DNA of 64,000 nt, from the NCBI GenBank assembly GCA_028023455.1, contig JAQFVV010000009.1, positions 10,168,001 to 10,232,000 on the forward strand. The letters are read 5' to 3'. Numbering within the stretch: position 1 is the stretch's first letter; each line of letters opens with the position of its first letter. Origin of the DNA: Epiperipatus broadwayi. Its lineage: Eukaryota; Animalia; Onychophora. A model generated the notes under the pieces. The model saw nothing but the letters and a program-made list of their open reading frames with translations. It was not told where the DNA came from and did not search any database. Positions 49,308 through 63,335 of this stretch are shown one piece after another. Made by a program: the position numbers and the translations under genes.

Positions 49308-50161
49308 CTAAATATCATTTACCAGTCAGTATTGAATTGTCATTTAGATTGGCTCTGAACCAGACATTGAAAGAAAAATTGTCTGAATGGAGACTTAAAA
49401 TTTTTTCTAAGTTTTATCCATGAGATTCAAATTTAGGTACAAGACATGCCAAAAGATTAAACTGCCATTATATAATGAAGCCTTTAAAAATAATCAAAAG
49501 CTTTATTGCTTGGAATTTTATAAAAAGTTTAAGTGCAAGAACTGGAATTAGTCCAGACTCTGGTTCTCTATCAATACATTGATTCATACAGAGTAATGAA
49601 TGTGTACATATATGCATCTTATTGATGTAAGAAGTTTTATTACTTGTAATAAAATTGTAAGTATTTGTACTTTTTAAAATTTATGATGAACTCACACAAT
49701 AAAGGAAGAAACAATAATGGATTCCAAGAATGCTAAATCTACTATTGAAAACTTTTCAGAAGTAATACCAGCATTTCATCAACAGTGATTACATATTATT
49801 ACTTGGATATAGAATTCCATTACATGGATATATAAACTTGCATTTGGACAAAAACCTTCTTATATGAATACGTTTAGCTATAGTATTCCTTACCCCATAT
49901 CCACAACTTCCTTATGGTATCCTTTAAATTATTTTCAATCAAAAAAAAATTAAATAAAAAATACAGAAATTATTAAATTTTAATTTTCTAAATTTTAATT
50001 TTTTAATTTACACACATTAGTTAAAAATAATAAGGATATCAGAAGTTGGGATATACCATTAGTAACATGAATTAATGTTCAAATAAAACTTGAAAAAAAA
50101 AATATTCAATAGCTTTTCCAAAATTCTAATATAATGTAGACAATATTTCTGTTACTTTCAG

Positions 50162-50206
50162 GAATAACTTTAGAAATAATTTTGAGATTTTGAATATAAA
50201 CCATAG
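50162..50206 (+). CDS. Candidate 45-nt symmetric exon (NNFRNNFEILNINH), possibly UTR
   Basis: Acceptor TTTCTGTTACTTTCAG and donor TAG|GTGAAC. Only phase 2 is open, and a second acceptor lies 80 nt downstream. Confidence 0.25.
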
Positions 50207-52014
50207 GTGAACAATACCACTTTATGTTAGTATAATATTTAAAAATAAATATTGCTCATAAACTTGCTTCAAATTATTTTTTGTAGGAGCCATTTTTATT
50301 AAAAGCTTGTAAGAATTAATGAAACTTGATTAATCTAAAATCATCATTTTAGTAAAAATTCTAAAAACAAAAAAATATGTATAATTCAAAATGTAAAAAT
50401 TATACAACTGTTTTCTCTTTCTTTAATTATTTCAGTCAAATTAATTGCAGCATTAATTTTGAATTGAATAAAACTATTGGACTAAAAATAAATAAATAAA
50501 ATAGGAAGCTTAATGCAAGTCTTATTAATCTATAGGTATTTACTGAACTTGTGTGGTTTTTTTTTAATTTTATTTTTTAAAATGTGTGTACATAGAGAAT
50601 GTAGGTGTGTATATATATATATGAATGTGCTCTATTGTAAAATAATTTAAAATTCTATATTATATATATATCATATTGGTCAAGAAGTTTAATAAACAAC
50701 AAAGATAATTATAACTACTGGAATATAGAGACTGATTATTAAAAATTTAAAAAGAGAAATAACAATACTTTTACTAAGTGTACATATTCTTGCAATTGGT
50801 TATCTCTGTTATTACTTAATCTCCTAATTTAAGTTACTTATGTATGTATACGTGGTTTAATACTTATAAATTAATAACACACTATATGGCTTACTATCCA
50901 AGAATTTTGTTATCTATCATAGTGAAGCTTGAAATTAAATGTCACAAATGCATTGGAGCTACTGCATATATAAATACATATATAAATATATAATTATTCA
51001 AATAATATATAATGAATGTATTATGCATCATCATTAATATAACAAACGAAATTAAAACTAATGCTTCTGATATAAACAATAACAATTTGATAATAAAAAA
51101 AAACATCATAATACATTGAATAAATGCATATTTAATGCCTAAATTAAATGAGTCCATATTTCACAATATCTTTAAAGTAAATATTAAAGTTCTTATATAT
51201 ATATATATATTAGAGTATTAGAATTTATATATATATATATTGGAAGATGACACCTTACATATCACAAAAAACCCATTCACACACATCTATCTTAAAGACT
51301 ATTATCACCAATAAAAAATAACTTAAGTTATATATATATAAAAAACCTAAGTTAGAGATATAAACCTAAACATTAAAACAAGTATTCTATTAATACCCTA
51401 TATAATTACACATTTAAATAAATAAAAGCATATTATATATTAATAATTTAGTTCAATTTGTCATTCAAAATTATATTTCTAACAATATTGTCTTAAAAAT
51501 GATCAAATTCAAAAATCAAAAGAAAGAAATAACAATTAAAATTTTTATTTATTAATTTATTACAACATGATGTCAATAATTGAAATAAAAACAGGAACTC
51601 AAATTGACACAGTAATAAAATATAAAACAAAATGAAACAGCTCTGCTCTAAAAAAACTGCACAATATAAAAACAAATGCCTTTCTTCTTCAAAAAACAAA
51701 TTTGAAAATAACACTGGCTAGTCTGCATGCATTTTTCTAAAATTTAACTTCGAATTCACCATTCAAGAACTATAGAATGATAGCCACTGAAAATATATAT
51801 TTCAAGAAGAAATAATAACAGGAAATAAGAAAACTGCTTGAATTAATATAGATAACTACATATTTTGTAAAATTTTATTTTACAAGTCTTGGAAACATTT
51901 TATTCATAATAATAGTGAATTTAAATATTAAAATTAAGAAACCATCTCAATCATAACCTGAGATTTTTAAAAATAAAAACCCACTATTAACTCTATAAAA
52001 CTAAGAACTTCAAG

Positions 52015-52127
52015 TCAAGCATTGTTAGCCAAGAGGTCATCGCAGCCACCTTGCAAGCAAGTAGTTGGTTGCAGATGGTTGTAGGTTCGCATCCCGGCCG
52101 ATGCTATGACATAGGAAAAAAAAACCT
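52015..52127 (+). mobile_element. tRNA-Gly-derived short SINE, copy 2
   Basis: TCAAGCATTG...GGTTCGCATCCCGGCCGATGCTATGACATAGGAAAAAAAAA with 13-bp TSD TAAGAACTTCAAG at 52002-52014 and 52128-52140. Confidence 0.85.
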
Positions 52128-53230
52128 TAAGAACTTCAAGAAAATTTATCAACAGACTTATATAGCTATGTCTGGCTAAAAGAGAGAAGGCATCATGAAG
52201 ATGAAATTGTTTGTGACATAACCATAAATGTTGAATTTGAATTTCAATTAAAATCAGCATCTACTCATCCATGCTGAATAAAAACACTTAAAATATGATA
52301 CAATAAAACAAGGAAACTATTTAGATTGGAGTGAAGACTGTCGATGAAAGAATTGGAATTGCCACCATGAACATTTGAATATGGTCCAGTGGATTATAAG
52401 TCAGAAGGGATGAAGAACTTTCCTAAAATAAAATTCCTTGGACATTTGTCAACAATGAACTGTTGCTAATTTAAACTTTGGCTCGACTATACAGGATTAA
52501 TATTATCTATATAATTTTTTTTCTATTATTCAAATTTCTTTCTTTTGACAAAAGTTGAAATTCATCCAACTGTAAGTTAGATTTATATAGAGGGAAAGGT
52601 CATAAATCGTATTATTTTAATTTATAAATAAAATATTGATATAGATATCCCAAGCTGGCTTTGATAATAAGTTTGATTATTTAGAAACTAAAAGGTAAGA
52701 CTTTACTCTTTTATGGAATATTAAATATATATACTATGATAATTACAGTGTTAAATATTAAATGTTTGTTACAACTAATTTATTTATTAAATCTTTATTA
52801 TTGGGGATATGTGATTAAAACACTTGTATGACTGATCTTTCCTATCATATATTATCATACCACTAGAAAAAGGCTTCCAAAACAGAGTAATTCTCCCAAA
52901 ATCCTATTACATGGATAAACTCACAAGAAGTAAAAAAAAAAAGCTAAGGATAGGAATATTAGTTAGTATAGACACAAAATTATTTGGATGAAGGTTTAAA
53001 TTTCTTTTATGTTGTAAAGTTTGAATTATCAAATTCATCAGATATTCAGAAAATAAAATGAAGAATAATCATGCTTATCCAATTATCAGTTAATAATTGT
53101 ACAAATCATCTCTGATAGTAAAATAGAATGATGAACAAAATTTGTTAATGTTAATGATTTTATTAAGTACTTATTATCAAAATTGAAGTCATTACCAATT
53201 TATTTATTTATCTCCAACCCAATTTATCAC

Positions 53231-53232
<2 letters not shown>

Positions 53233-53302
<70 letters not shown>
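53233..53302. repeat. (TA)n microsatellite
   Basis: Seen directly. Confidence 0.97.
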
Positions 53303-53306
<4 letters not shown>

Positions 53307-53780
53307 GCATATTGAGAATGATACAATCATACTCTGAAGTAGAGTACATGCATATTCTTTCTGAGTTTAAATACTGTGGCATAACATGAGTTGAGTAGAG
53401 GGGAAATGGAAGTAGTCATATTAAGTTGAATTTTCTTTTATTTAATTATTAATGCTCTTATGATTATCTCAACTGAGTTAGTTAAATGAATGATCATAAT
53501 TAGATGTATCCCTCAGTGAGAAACAGACTGTTACAATATATGTATATAAATAGATGATGTAATTATTGGATCACATATATCAGTACTTGTTATGAATAAC
53601 ATACTACAAAATTGATTATTGAAATTGGATATTATAGATCTTTCTAAAAAAATTTTATTATCAACCTGCTGATATTTATATTGACACACTAATACTAGTT
53701 TTAATTTCATACACTGTAGTAACAGTAGCATATTAATATTTTCTCTTTTACACCACATGAGCATATATAAAGTAATCAAT

Positions 53781-53896
53781 TGTGTCAAGGATTGGTAGTC
53801 GAGAGGTCAGTGACAGCTTCTTTACAAGCAGTTGTCCCTTGTCCCAGGTTAGCGGGTTCACTTCCCGGTTGATGCTATGACACATGAAAAAAAAAA
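53781..53896 (+). mobile_element. tRNA-Gly-derived short SINE, copy 3
   Basis: TGTGTCAAGGATTGG...TTTACAAGCAGTTGTCCC...GGGTTCACTTCCCGGTTGATGCTATGACACATG(A)10. No clear TSD. Confidence 0.82.
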
Positions 53897-55424
53897 TGCA
53901 TTTGATAAATCTAATGAAGATAGTTTAAACCATATACATGCAGTTTTCCACCAAATAAAGGAAAACAAACAAATACATACGCACACACTATGTATATTAT
54001 ATAAATTTTATTTATAAGTGCATATTTATTATATTCACAACAATCACTTCAGTGAATACTTAAAAGATTATTAATTAATGTTTATTTATGCTATAAACAA
54101 TAATATTTTACTTAATTTAGGCAAACTTTAAATTTAATAAAGTTTAAATATATTATATTTAGATGCATGATAATCTTCATTTTTAACTTTTCATTTTTTT
54201 CTACTTGTGTACCACATTTTGTAAAATGCAATTAATTTAATTTCTATTTTTCAAAGATACATTAGAAAAACAATATGCTAACAACTTCTAAGATGCACCA
54301 GGTATCATCAGTTATGCCAAGTATCACATAGCCCTCCAATTGACACACTGTAATGTTCTGTAATAAATCAAGCAAGAAACGTCTTTTTTTAATCAGATCT
54401 CTTTTTTGATGAGTTTATTTTAAAGCTATAAAATTATAGATCTCAGGCTGATAATTCAAATACAGGAGTATTTCAGTTTCTATCAAAACAAATATCTTAC
54501 TTTTTTAAATAGTTAAAATAATATTTAGTTAGCCCAAAGATTTCTATTATTTTGTCTTTATGAATATTTGTCATGTACTCTTTTATTAGATTATATTGAC
54601 AACATTATTCAATTCTAGAAACGGGTTAAATATTAGTTCAATCAATGAACACTAACTGAAATGAATTAAAGTTTGTTGATTTTGCTCTGTGCTTATATTG
54701 TTGGTTTTAGATTTAAATGATAGATTGTCACTTTTATGTAATTAATCTAATTTGGCAAGGATTCTTATATTTTTTATTGCATTGGCATTAATAATATAAT
54801 TATGCTAAAAGTTATAAACAATAAGTTTAAAATATTTATATTAATCTTTTTAAAATGCTTTTAGCTGTTAAATAACTTAGACTATAATGTTAATTTGATG
54901 TTAGAAAACTTTCTAGCGGGAAGCTAAAACTATGAAATTGTCATCAGTAAACAATATTGACTTATTATTTTATGCATCTTAATAATGTAAAGGGCTTATT
55001 AAAATTTATGCTGTAACCCTAAATATTATGGTGAAATCTGCAATAATCAAATATTATTACTCATTTGCAACATACTGTTCCCTCGGTATGCAAATTCACT
55101 TGTCACATGACATTAATGATAGGGTTCAACACAGGCACTCATAGATTGTGCCTATAAGTTATAGACCAATTGCAAGCAAGGAAACAAGCAGATAGATCGT
55201 GTTTGCTTGAAGATTTGTGATGATGGCATTCTAGTTGTAGTTATATGTTGGATTATTTCCATCATCTAACATTAAATCATGAATGCCTTTAGAAAAATTT
55301 AAAATTTAATTTAAATTTTCCAATTACATACAACTGTTAGTAGTAACACACAGGCTTGTATCTACACAAGATTTTGAATGGTATTATTTTACTATTTTCT
55401 TCAGTTATTATTGGTCTGACCAGT

Positions 55425-55520
55425 GACAGTATTACCATGGGAATCAAACATGAACCTTTTGATTCTTGAATATTGAATTTTTAGGAAACACTCCATCTAA
55501 TTGAGCCATTCTGCCAAAGC
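55425..55520 (-). mobile_element. Degenerate tRNA-head SINE remnant (different family)
   Basis: Minus strand GGCAGAATGGCTCAATTAGATGG (A-box-like) ... GTTTGATTCCCATGG (B-box-like). Confidence 0.3.
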
Positions 55521-56375
55521 AGATAGATTGTGAACAATTTCTACATATAGTAACATAATAAGACATGGGTTGATGCAAGTGAATGCATGTTCGAGTATTG
55601 AAATGTTTAACTATGACATAGTCTAGTTTTGTGCCTTAAAATATTTATGTTATTGTTCTGTTCATTTTGTCAGATTGTTTAGGAAAGGTGAAATTTTCAT
55701 TTATGTCTCTAGTCTTTTTAAATTTACTAAGGTAATCTGATAAAGAGTATAACATATTGATATTAACAGAGTTTCCAATATTTTCATAGTTGGAAGCAAT
55801 ATATCTATTAATAATTATATATATATAATTATTGTGGTATCATTATGTGTTTAACAATATCCTAATAGTATAACTCTTCTTGTTTAATAACTTTGAGCAA
55901 ATTAATAATATTGAAAAACATATTTTTACTATTACATGTTATTTTTAAAATGTTGCAATTGCTATTATAGACTTCACTGCTCTTTCTAAAATGTTTCATA
56001 TATACTTAAGTAACTACCATTAGTTTTTAACTTTTAATGGCTATAGAATTTAAAACTGGTGACAACTTTAATCATAGTTGAACCATTTAAGAAATAGTTT
56101 GCCTTTAAAAAAAAAAAGGAAAAATATATATAAAATTTTAATATTAGTTTACGAATAAAAATATAAATTGTTTGAGGTTTAATGGAAAAAAATATAATAT
56201 TAAAATTCTTCTTCAGTAATTTCATATTTTTTGGATACAAAAGAATTAATGTTTTCTTTCTTTGCTCATAGGAGGAAATAAATAAAATTGAGATTTGTAA
56301 TTTTTCAGATATCTCAACTTATTATTTCATGCTATAAGTAAATTTTTCTCTCACTATTATTACAGTTGTCTTTCT

Positions 56376-56725
<350 letters not shown>

Positions 56726-56768
56726 TATATACATATATATATTTCTCAAATAACTCTGAAACGTTAAG

Positions 56769-57131
56769 AAATTTCAGTTACGCCCTCTGTGAATACATAT
56801 ATAAAAGTCCGACTCTCAAATAGCCAGTCCAAAAAAGTATCTCTTTAAACCATAAACTGCCATGATGTTATACATTGAAAAACAGACTTATTCAAACAAA
56901 GAACATGAAATTTAAATAAGTAATGATCTTAAACAGCTCATAAACAACATGTTTATAACTTTATCTTTATTACTGCATTGCCAACCCACTATTGTAAAAG
57001 TAATAAATAAAGTAAATAATATTAATATTACATGTCTAATATACATACAATTCAAAGAGGTACTTTTTTGGATGGATGGTTTAAGAGTCAGACTTTTATA
57101 TATGTATTCACAGAGGGCTTAACCAAAATTT
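56769..57131. mobile_element. MITE-like element with ~80-bp TIRs
   Basis: GCCCTCTGTGAATACATATATAAAAGTCCGACTCT vs AGAGTCAGACTTTTATATATGTATTCACAGAGGGC. Confidence 0.85.
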
Positions 57132-59299
57132 ATTAACATATGAGAGTGATTTGATATTTGACTTTCAATTTTGGGCAGCATTATGCACTGGTATTATTTT
57201 CTATATATTTGTGTATGTGCCTCTTTCTTATATAAGTTTTGGTCATTTCTTACAGGTCCATTCTTACTTATTGTAAGACAAACTCATATGTTTCCAGATA
57301 CTTTATAAGTTAATCCTTGATTTTCAAGTCTAAATAAGCAATATTATTTTTCTCCATAAAAATTCTTGATTTTTCTCTCAATATTCATGACAGTAAGAGA
57401 ACTGTAATGTATCCATCAATCAAAACTAAAGTGAGCCTTTTTGTAACCCAGACTAGTTAAATTAGCTTTAAAGAAGAGTGTATAAATGAATTTTATGTGT
57501 CCATTGATAAAATAAATTTTAAGAAGTTCAGTGATTGAAATATCAACTTTAGACAGTAACAATATGCTCTTCTCCCACACTTGTCTCATTCAATTAGCAC
57601 TCTAGTCATTTTCTTGATTGTTTATTATAATTGCATAGTTCACATAGTATAAATTATATATTGTGGAACTTATTTCCAAGACTTGTTTAATAGCTATCTC
57701 TTTATCATTTATTATTTGGGGCATATGGATATTCAGCACACAAAAAGTTAAAGATTTCATTTATTTCCTGTTTGTACTTGACATCACATTTAATATTTAA
57801 AATATTTTTATTGCATTCAACAATTTTATTTTTTAAACTATCCCTCTTTATTATAGATAGATATTTTAATCATAAAAGATATATCTACATTTATTTATAT
57901 AGTACAGCTACTTGTTACATTTTGTTCCATGCCTCTCTCACATACAACATATATGGCAAATAATAATTCAAGTTTTAGTCATAATCATTAATTACAATAC
58001 AGTATGTATTGGTTACTGTATTCTAAAGATACAGGATTTTCCAACATACACATATAGTATAAAATACAAATATTTTTAATGCATATCATAAGCATTTACA
58101 AATTAAGATTATAGTATAAACAAAATTTTCAAAAATATTATTTATAATAAATTATGAGTGCATTAATTTGTATATTTACTGTATGGATGTGTTCATTAGT
58201 TCACATTCACTCAAACAAATAAATATAGTGTATCATATTTTTATTGGGTTTTTTTTTTAAATAAAGTGATCAGTGAAATGTTAATTTCTTTTTACAAACA
58301 ATGTTTACCAAAAATGTTTATTGGTTTATATTTTCTATCTATAAATTCAATGTCCTTCCAAAAAATGATCTTTTAATTGTGAATATAATTAGCCATTTCA
58401 AGATAAAATATCACAGTACAGTTATGTCTTTCCATTTTCATTATTCTTTTAAATAGTGATTCTTTTTTTTAAACAGACATTTAACTTCTGAATATGATTT
58501 TTTTCTTTTGTTATAATTGATAACTTTTGTGTTATCACTTATTAAGAAAAATATAAATTTCTTTAATTAAAATTACTATATATGTGTGTGCTGTATGCAC
58601 AGATAATGAAGCTAGTATATATCAAAAAATGCTATATTAGCTGAGCACTTTCGAGACACTTCTTGCTCTCATATTCATAGCTACTGTTTTGTTAAAAACT
58701 GCATTGTTAGAAGGAAAATTTATGCAAAATAATGCAAATTAGTTATAACTGCCATTATGTTTAGAAAACATTTTATCAAATAAAATACTACACTAAATCA
58801 AACTTTTGAAAGAAAAAAAAAAGAGAGAAAAAAATCTTACACTTTCAATTTATTTAATACTAGGAAAATGTAGCTAATAAATAAATCATATTAAAATTAG
58901 TGAGAGCAATGTAAGACAAAATAATAGCTGCTGATATACGATTTCTGACTAATACTCTTAAAATTTACTAAATTATGAATTTGAAATGTTTTAAAGAGAA
59001 TGAAAAAATAAAATATTGTTAAACCCTAATGTATAGAATTTCTTATTTCAAATTTCTGTAAAATAGTAATACTTAGTAATAGTACTATTACTACCACTAT
59101 TACTAACAAATAATAATTCAGATTTATTTGAAATATAAACAACAATTAATAGTCCAATTACAGAATACACATTAAAATGAATATTAAAATCACTTATGAT
59201 TAAATAATATGATGATAGAAAAAAATAAAGGACAAAAAATACATTACAATTAAATACATAAATAAAGAAAAAAAGGAGAAAAGAAATAAATAATAGATG

Positions 59300-59800
59300 T
59301 TTGGTTTTAAAATTAGAAATTGTATTTTAGATTTAGGTCTCAACTGAATTGAATAAAATCCAGATAAAGAATATTATTTATAAAATCTTTATTATAAATA
59401 TTGGTCATAAAAGTATGGGGGATAATCTGAGGTAATTGATTGACAAAAAATTAGATTTAAAGAGGGGTATGATCTGATATTATTTTTAGAAATATAGAAA
59501 GATATATTTGAGAGTAAATCTGAGCTGATTGAGAAGGAACAAATATATGAATTTAATGTCTCTGATTTTTTCTTTGCATCAGGAAATCTAACAAAGACAG
59601 ATTAAATTTTATGGATGTTTGTCTTGGTATTTGGATTTTAGATAACTGAATCAAATTCTAAGATGAGTAAGAACAAAGAGAGAAAAAGTTATATTTAGTA
59701 GACATGTTGTCTCCTATTATTTATAAAGTCATCTTCACTATGGTTTAATATGAAGATGGAAAGAAGTATTACTTTTAAAAAAATTGAAGATCTTTTTGAT
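59300..59800 (+). mobile_element. Possible very old L2/CR1-like RT 3' remnant
   Basis: Only a degenerate LIDKKLD motif (cf. LGVxIDxKLxF) near 59430-59460. Confidence 0.25.
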
Positions 59801-59869
59801 TATTTTTAAAAAGAATGTTACAATCTTATGTAGAATAAGGGAATTGAAAGACTTCAGACTTTTTAGATT

Positions 59870-62800
59870 AAGGCAGAATAAATGTGTGTGTGAATGAAAA
59901 ATTTTTTTTCCAATAGATGTATACAATTATGTCAGATAAAACATAAAGCATGGTCCTTATTCCCATGAGGCTGTAAAGTCACCAGCCACATCAGCAGTTG
60001 GTGATCGAACATGGAGAATGCTAAGAATCCCCTGATTGTGGACCAAGGCTATCATTTGATGATAATTTTTTACTTAAGCATTTATAACTGCAAATCATTT
60101 TCAAGAGAAAGAAGATTGCAAGATTTAGAAGAACTGTCTCATATTAAATAGGAAATTATTGGACTTTGTGAAGTTAGAAGAAAGGATGAAGAGACAATTG
60201 ATTTAAAAAGGGGACCCATAATCTACTACAAAGGCACAAATATTAGAAGTATAAGTAGGATTCATTATAAATAAAAAGTGGAAGAATAACATTGTGGAGA
60301 TTGATGATATATTGGACAGAGTACCAAAATTAGTTATTCATCTTAATAGTAGATAAAAAATACAGATAATCAAGGTTTAAGCTCCAACAAGTTCTCATAG
60401 TGATAAAGTATAGATTTTTATATGGATGTACAAAAGGCTTTCGATCAGAGTAAACACATTTTAAAATTGTTATGGAAGGCTTTAATACTAAAATGGGTAG
60501 TAAAAGATGAAAGTGCTGTAGATAAATTTGGTTATGGTAATAGAAATGAGAGAAGACATAGACTTGTGGAGTTTGCAGAAAAGAAAAACTGTATATTATG
60601 AATTCTTTTTTTGAGGAAAATATTAAAAAGAAAGGGACATGGAAGCATCCTAATGAAGATACAGCAGAAAAATTTTGTTATGGTAATATAAATGAGAGAA
60701 GACATAGACTTGTGGAGTTTGAAAAAAAGAAAAACTGTATATCATGAATTCTTTTTTTGAGAAAAATATTAAAAAGAAAGGGACATGGAAGCATCCTAAT
60801 AAAGAAACAGCAGAATTGGATTATATTTTGACTAAGATTGTATTATCTTTAATAAATTTAATACAGGAAGTGATCATTGATTAATAAGATGTAAAATACA
60901 TGTTAATAATCTACAAAGCACATAGATATGCAAGTTGCATAAGCTATACACCTAAAAAATATTAATCACTCAGTTAAGGCTGAGCACTTTCAATGTTCCA
61001 TGTCTCATAATCATAGTCATATTGAAAACTGTGGTATTGTTTGTATTAGACTTACTATATGCAAATTAGATGCAAATGATTTAGGTTGTCCATTTTTTAG
61101 AAATATCAAAGCAGTTGTCATGTCTGTTTATTGTATTATTGTTGCCATTGATAAAATATGCCTCTTTTATTTTTTCTTTTACAGTCATTTGTTTTTATAC
61201 ATGTTAATGTAAAATTAGACAGACAAAAATTATTAGCAAAAACAATATTTACAGTTGATATTCCTGATCTTCAGAAACATTATAATGAATTTAAATTAGA
61301 ACTTGCAAATCATTTTCAAGTATTAGTAGATTTTGAAAATGATTCAGATTTGAATGAAATTAATAGGAAAATAACTACATACTTTTAAAAACTGTAACAA
61401 AGATAGCTGGTAGAAAAAAGCAGCAATTGACCAATAAAATTTCTACTGAGACTAGAGAATTTATGAAAAACAGAATGAATATATATATATATATGATGCA
61501 TTAAGAAGGATTAAATATCTTGGATTTTATAAAATGGGTGAAAAAGAGTTGATAATGGTAAGTATAATTGTGAATGAGCAAGGAAAGCTGTAGAAAAAAA
61601 TAAAAATCTCAAGAGTGTAAAACAACATTTTGGTATTGGTAGGAAACTTATATTTGCAATAAGAAAAAAAGATGGAACTATTACTAAAAAGAGAGATGAT
61701 GTCATGAAATACATAGAAGGGTTTTATCAAGAATTATAGAATAATAAAGAACAATTACCTCCTACATCTATTATATCTTCTGAATTGCTCATGATTTTAA
61801 ATGAAGAAATGAGACATGCAATTAAATTTATAAGAAGGGAAAAATCCAGGTAATGATGAAATTATAATCGATATATGAAAAGAAGCAGGCGAAGAAATAG
61901 AAATTTTTTTGGCAAAGTTATATACCAAATTTCTAAATGATAAAGATGTATCAGATGATTGGAATAATGTAGTGTTAATATTAATATTTAAAAAAGGTGA
62001 TAAAGAAGATATTAGAAATTACAGACCTATCAGTCTTTTATCAGTTTTATACAAAATTTTTAACATGATAATCACAATTCGTCTACCGAGAACATTGGAT
62101 TTCATCCAATAATAAAAAAACAAGTTGGATTTAAAGGTGGTTTTATTACAGTTGATCATATCCACATATTGAGAGAAGTTATAGAAATGACCAATTAATA
62201 TGAGTTTTTATCATTATGCTTTGAATTTCTAGATTATGAAAAGACATTTGATTCTATAAACATTTCTTCAGTGATTAAAGCATTAGATCATCAAGGTATA
62301 GACCCAGGATATTGGAATATTCTGAAGAATATTTATAAAAATGCAACAGCAACAATTAGATTACATAATGACATTAGGAAGAGCGTAAGATCAGGTGACC
62401 ATATCTCCAAAACTTTTTACAGCAGTACTGCAAGAAGTATTTTGTGCATTAAAATGGGAAGGTAAAGAAATAAAAATAAATGGAGGTTATTTATGTCATT
62501 TAGATTTTGCAGTTGGTGCAGTTGTTTTTTTTTTTTCAAATTATGTTTTAGAACTTCAGGAAATATTGCAAGAGTTATCAGATGAAAGTAAGAAAGTAGA
62601 ACTAAAGGTAAATATTAAAAAGATTAAAATAATGTTTAATGGATTTTTTCCAAAGAATGAAAATAAAGATTGATTATGATGAGTTAGAAGAACATAATAA
62701 CTACAAATACCTTGATCAGAATATTACTGCAGATGGAAAAATGGATGAAATTAATCATAGGTGTTCTTGGTAGAAATAATTTAATATTAAAATGAAATAT

Positions 62801-63231
62801 GTCTATGTGTTTGAAAAGAAAGATTTTTAATAAATGTGTTTTATCAGTTCTTACTTATGAATCTGAGACTTGGACACTTAATAGAAGAACAATACAGAAA
62901 CTTCAGACCATTCAAAAGATTGTGGAGAGAAGAGATTGAAAATGCAATACATAGATAAGAGAACAAACATGTGTTACTGACATTATTGAAAGAATTAAAA
63001 GTCCGAAGTGGATTGGACTGGACATATTGCTAGAAGAGATGATAGTAGATGGACAATTGAAATCTTAAACTGCATTCTAAGAGATTGTAAAATATCCAGA
63101 AAGAGACCACATGTGATATGGATGGATTAAATAAAAAATTATGCAGGAGGGATGTGGAGAAGAGAGGCTAGAGATTAGAGGAGATAGATTGAACTTGGAG
63201 AGATCATCCTATGGTGGATTGATAATGGTTG

Positions 63232-63235
<4 letters not shown>
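59870..63235 (+). mobile_element. Decayed RTE-clade LINE, near full length, copy 2
   Basis: Colinear with 19.6-22.2 kb. ORF pieces WNNVVLILIFKKGDKEDIRNYRPISLLS and TISPKLFTAVLQEVF...LCHLDFA. Carries an internal duplication (60.53-60.80 kb) and a 289-bp insert. Confidence 0.9.
60908..61196. other. 289-bp insertion of unknown origin inside RTE copy 2, flanked by a 12-bp duplication
   Basis: ATACATGTTAAT at 60896-60907 and 61197-61208. The segment is absent at the homologous site of copy 1 (GATACATGTTAATACAAAATTAG, about 20444). Confidence 0.75.
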
Positions 63236-63265
<30 letters not shown>

Positions 63266-63304
63266 GAAATAAACCATGTATTATTTTATTGATGGTTTAT
63301 TTCC

Positions 63305-63331
<27 letters not shown>

Positions 63332-63335
<4 letters not shown>

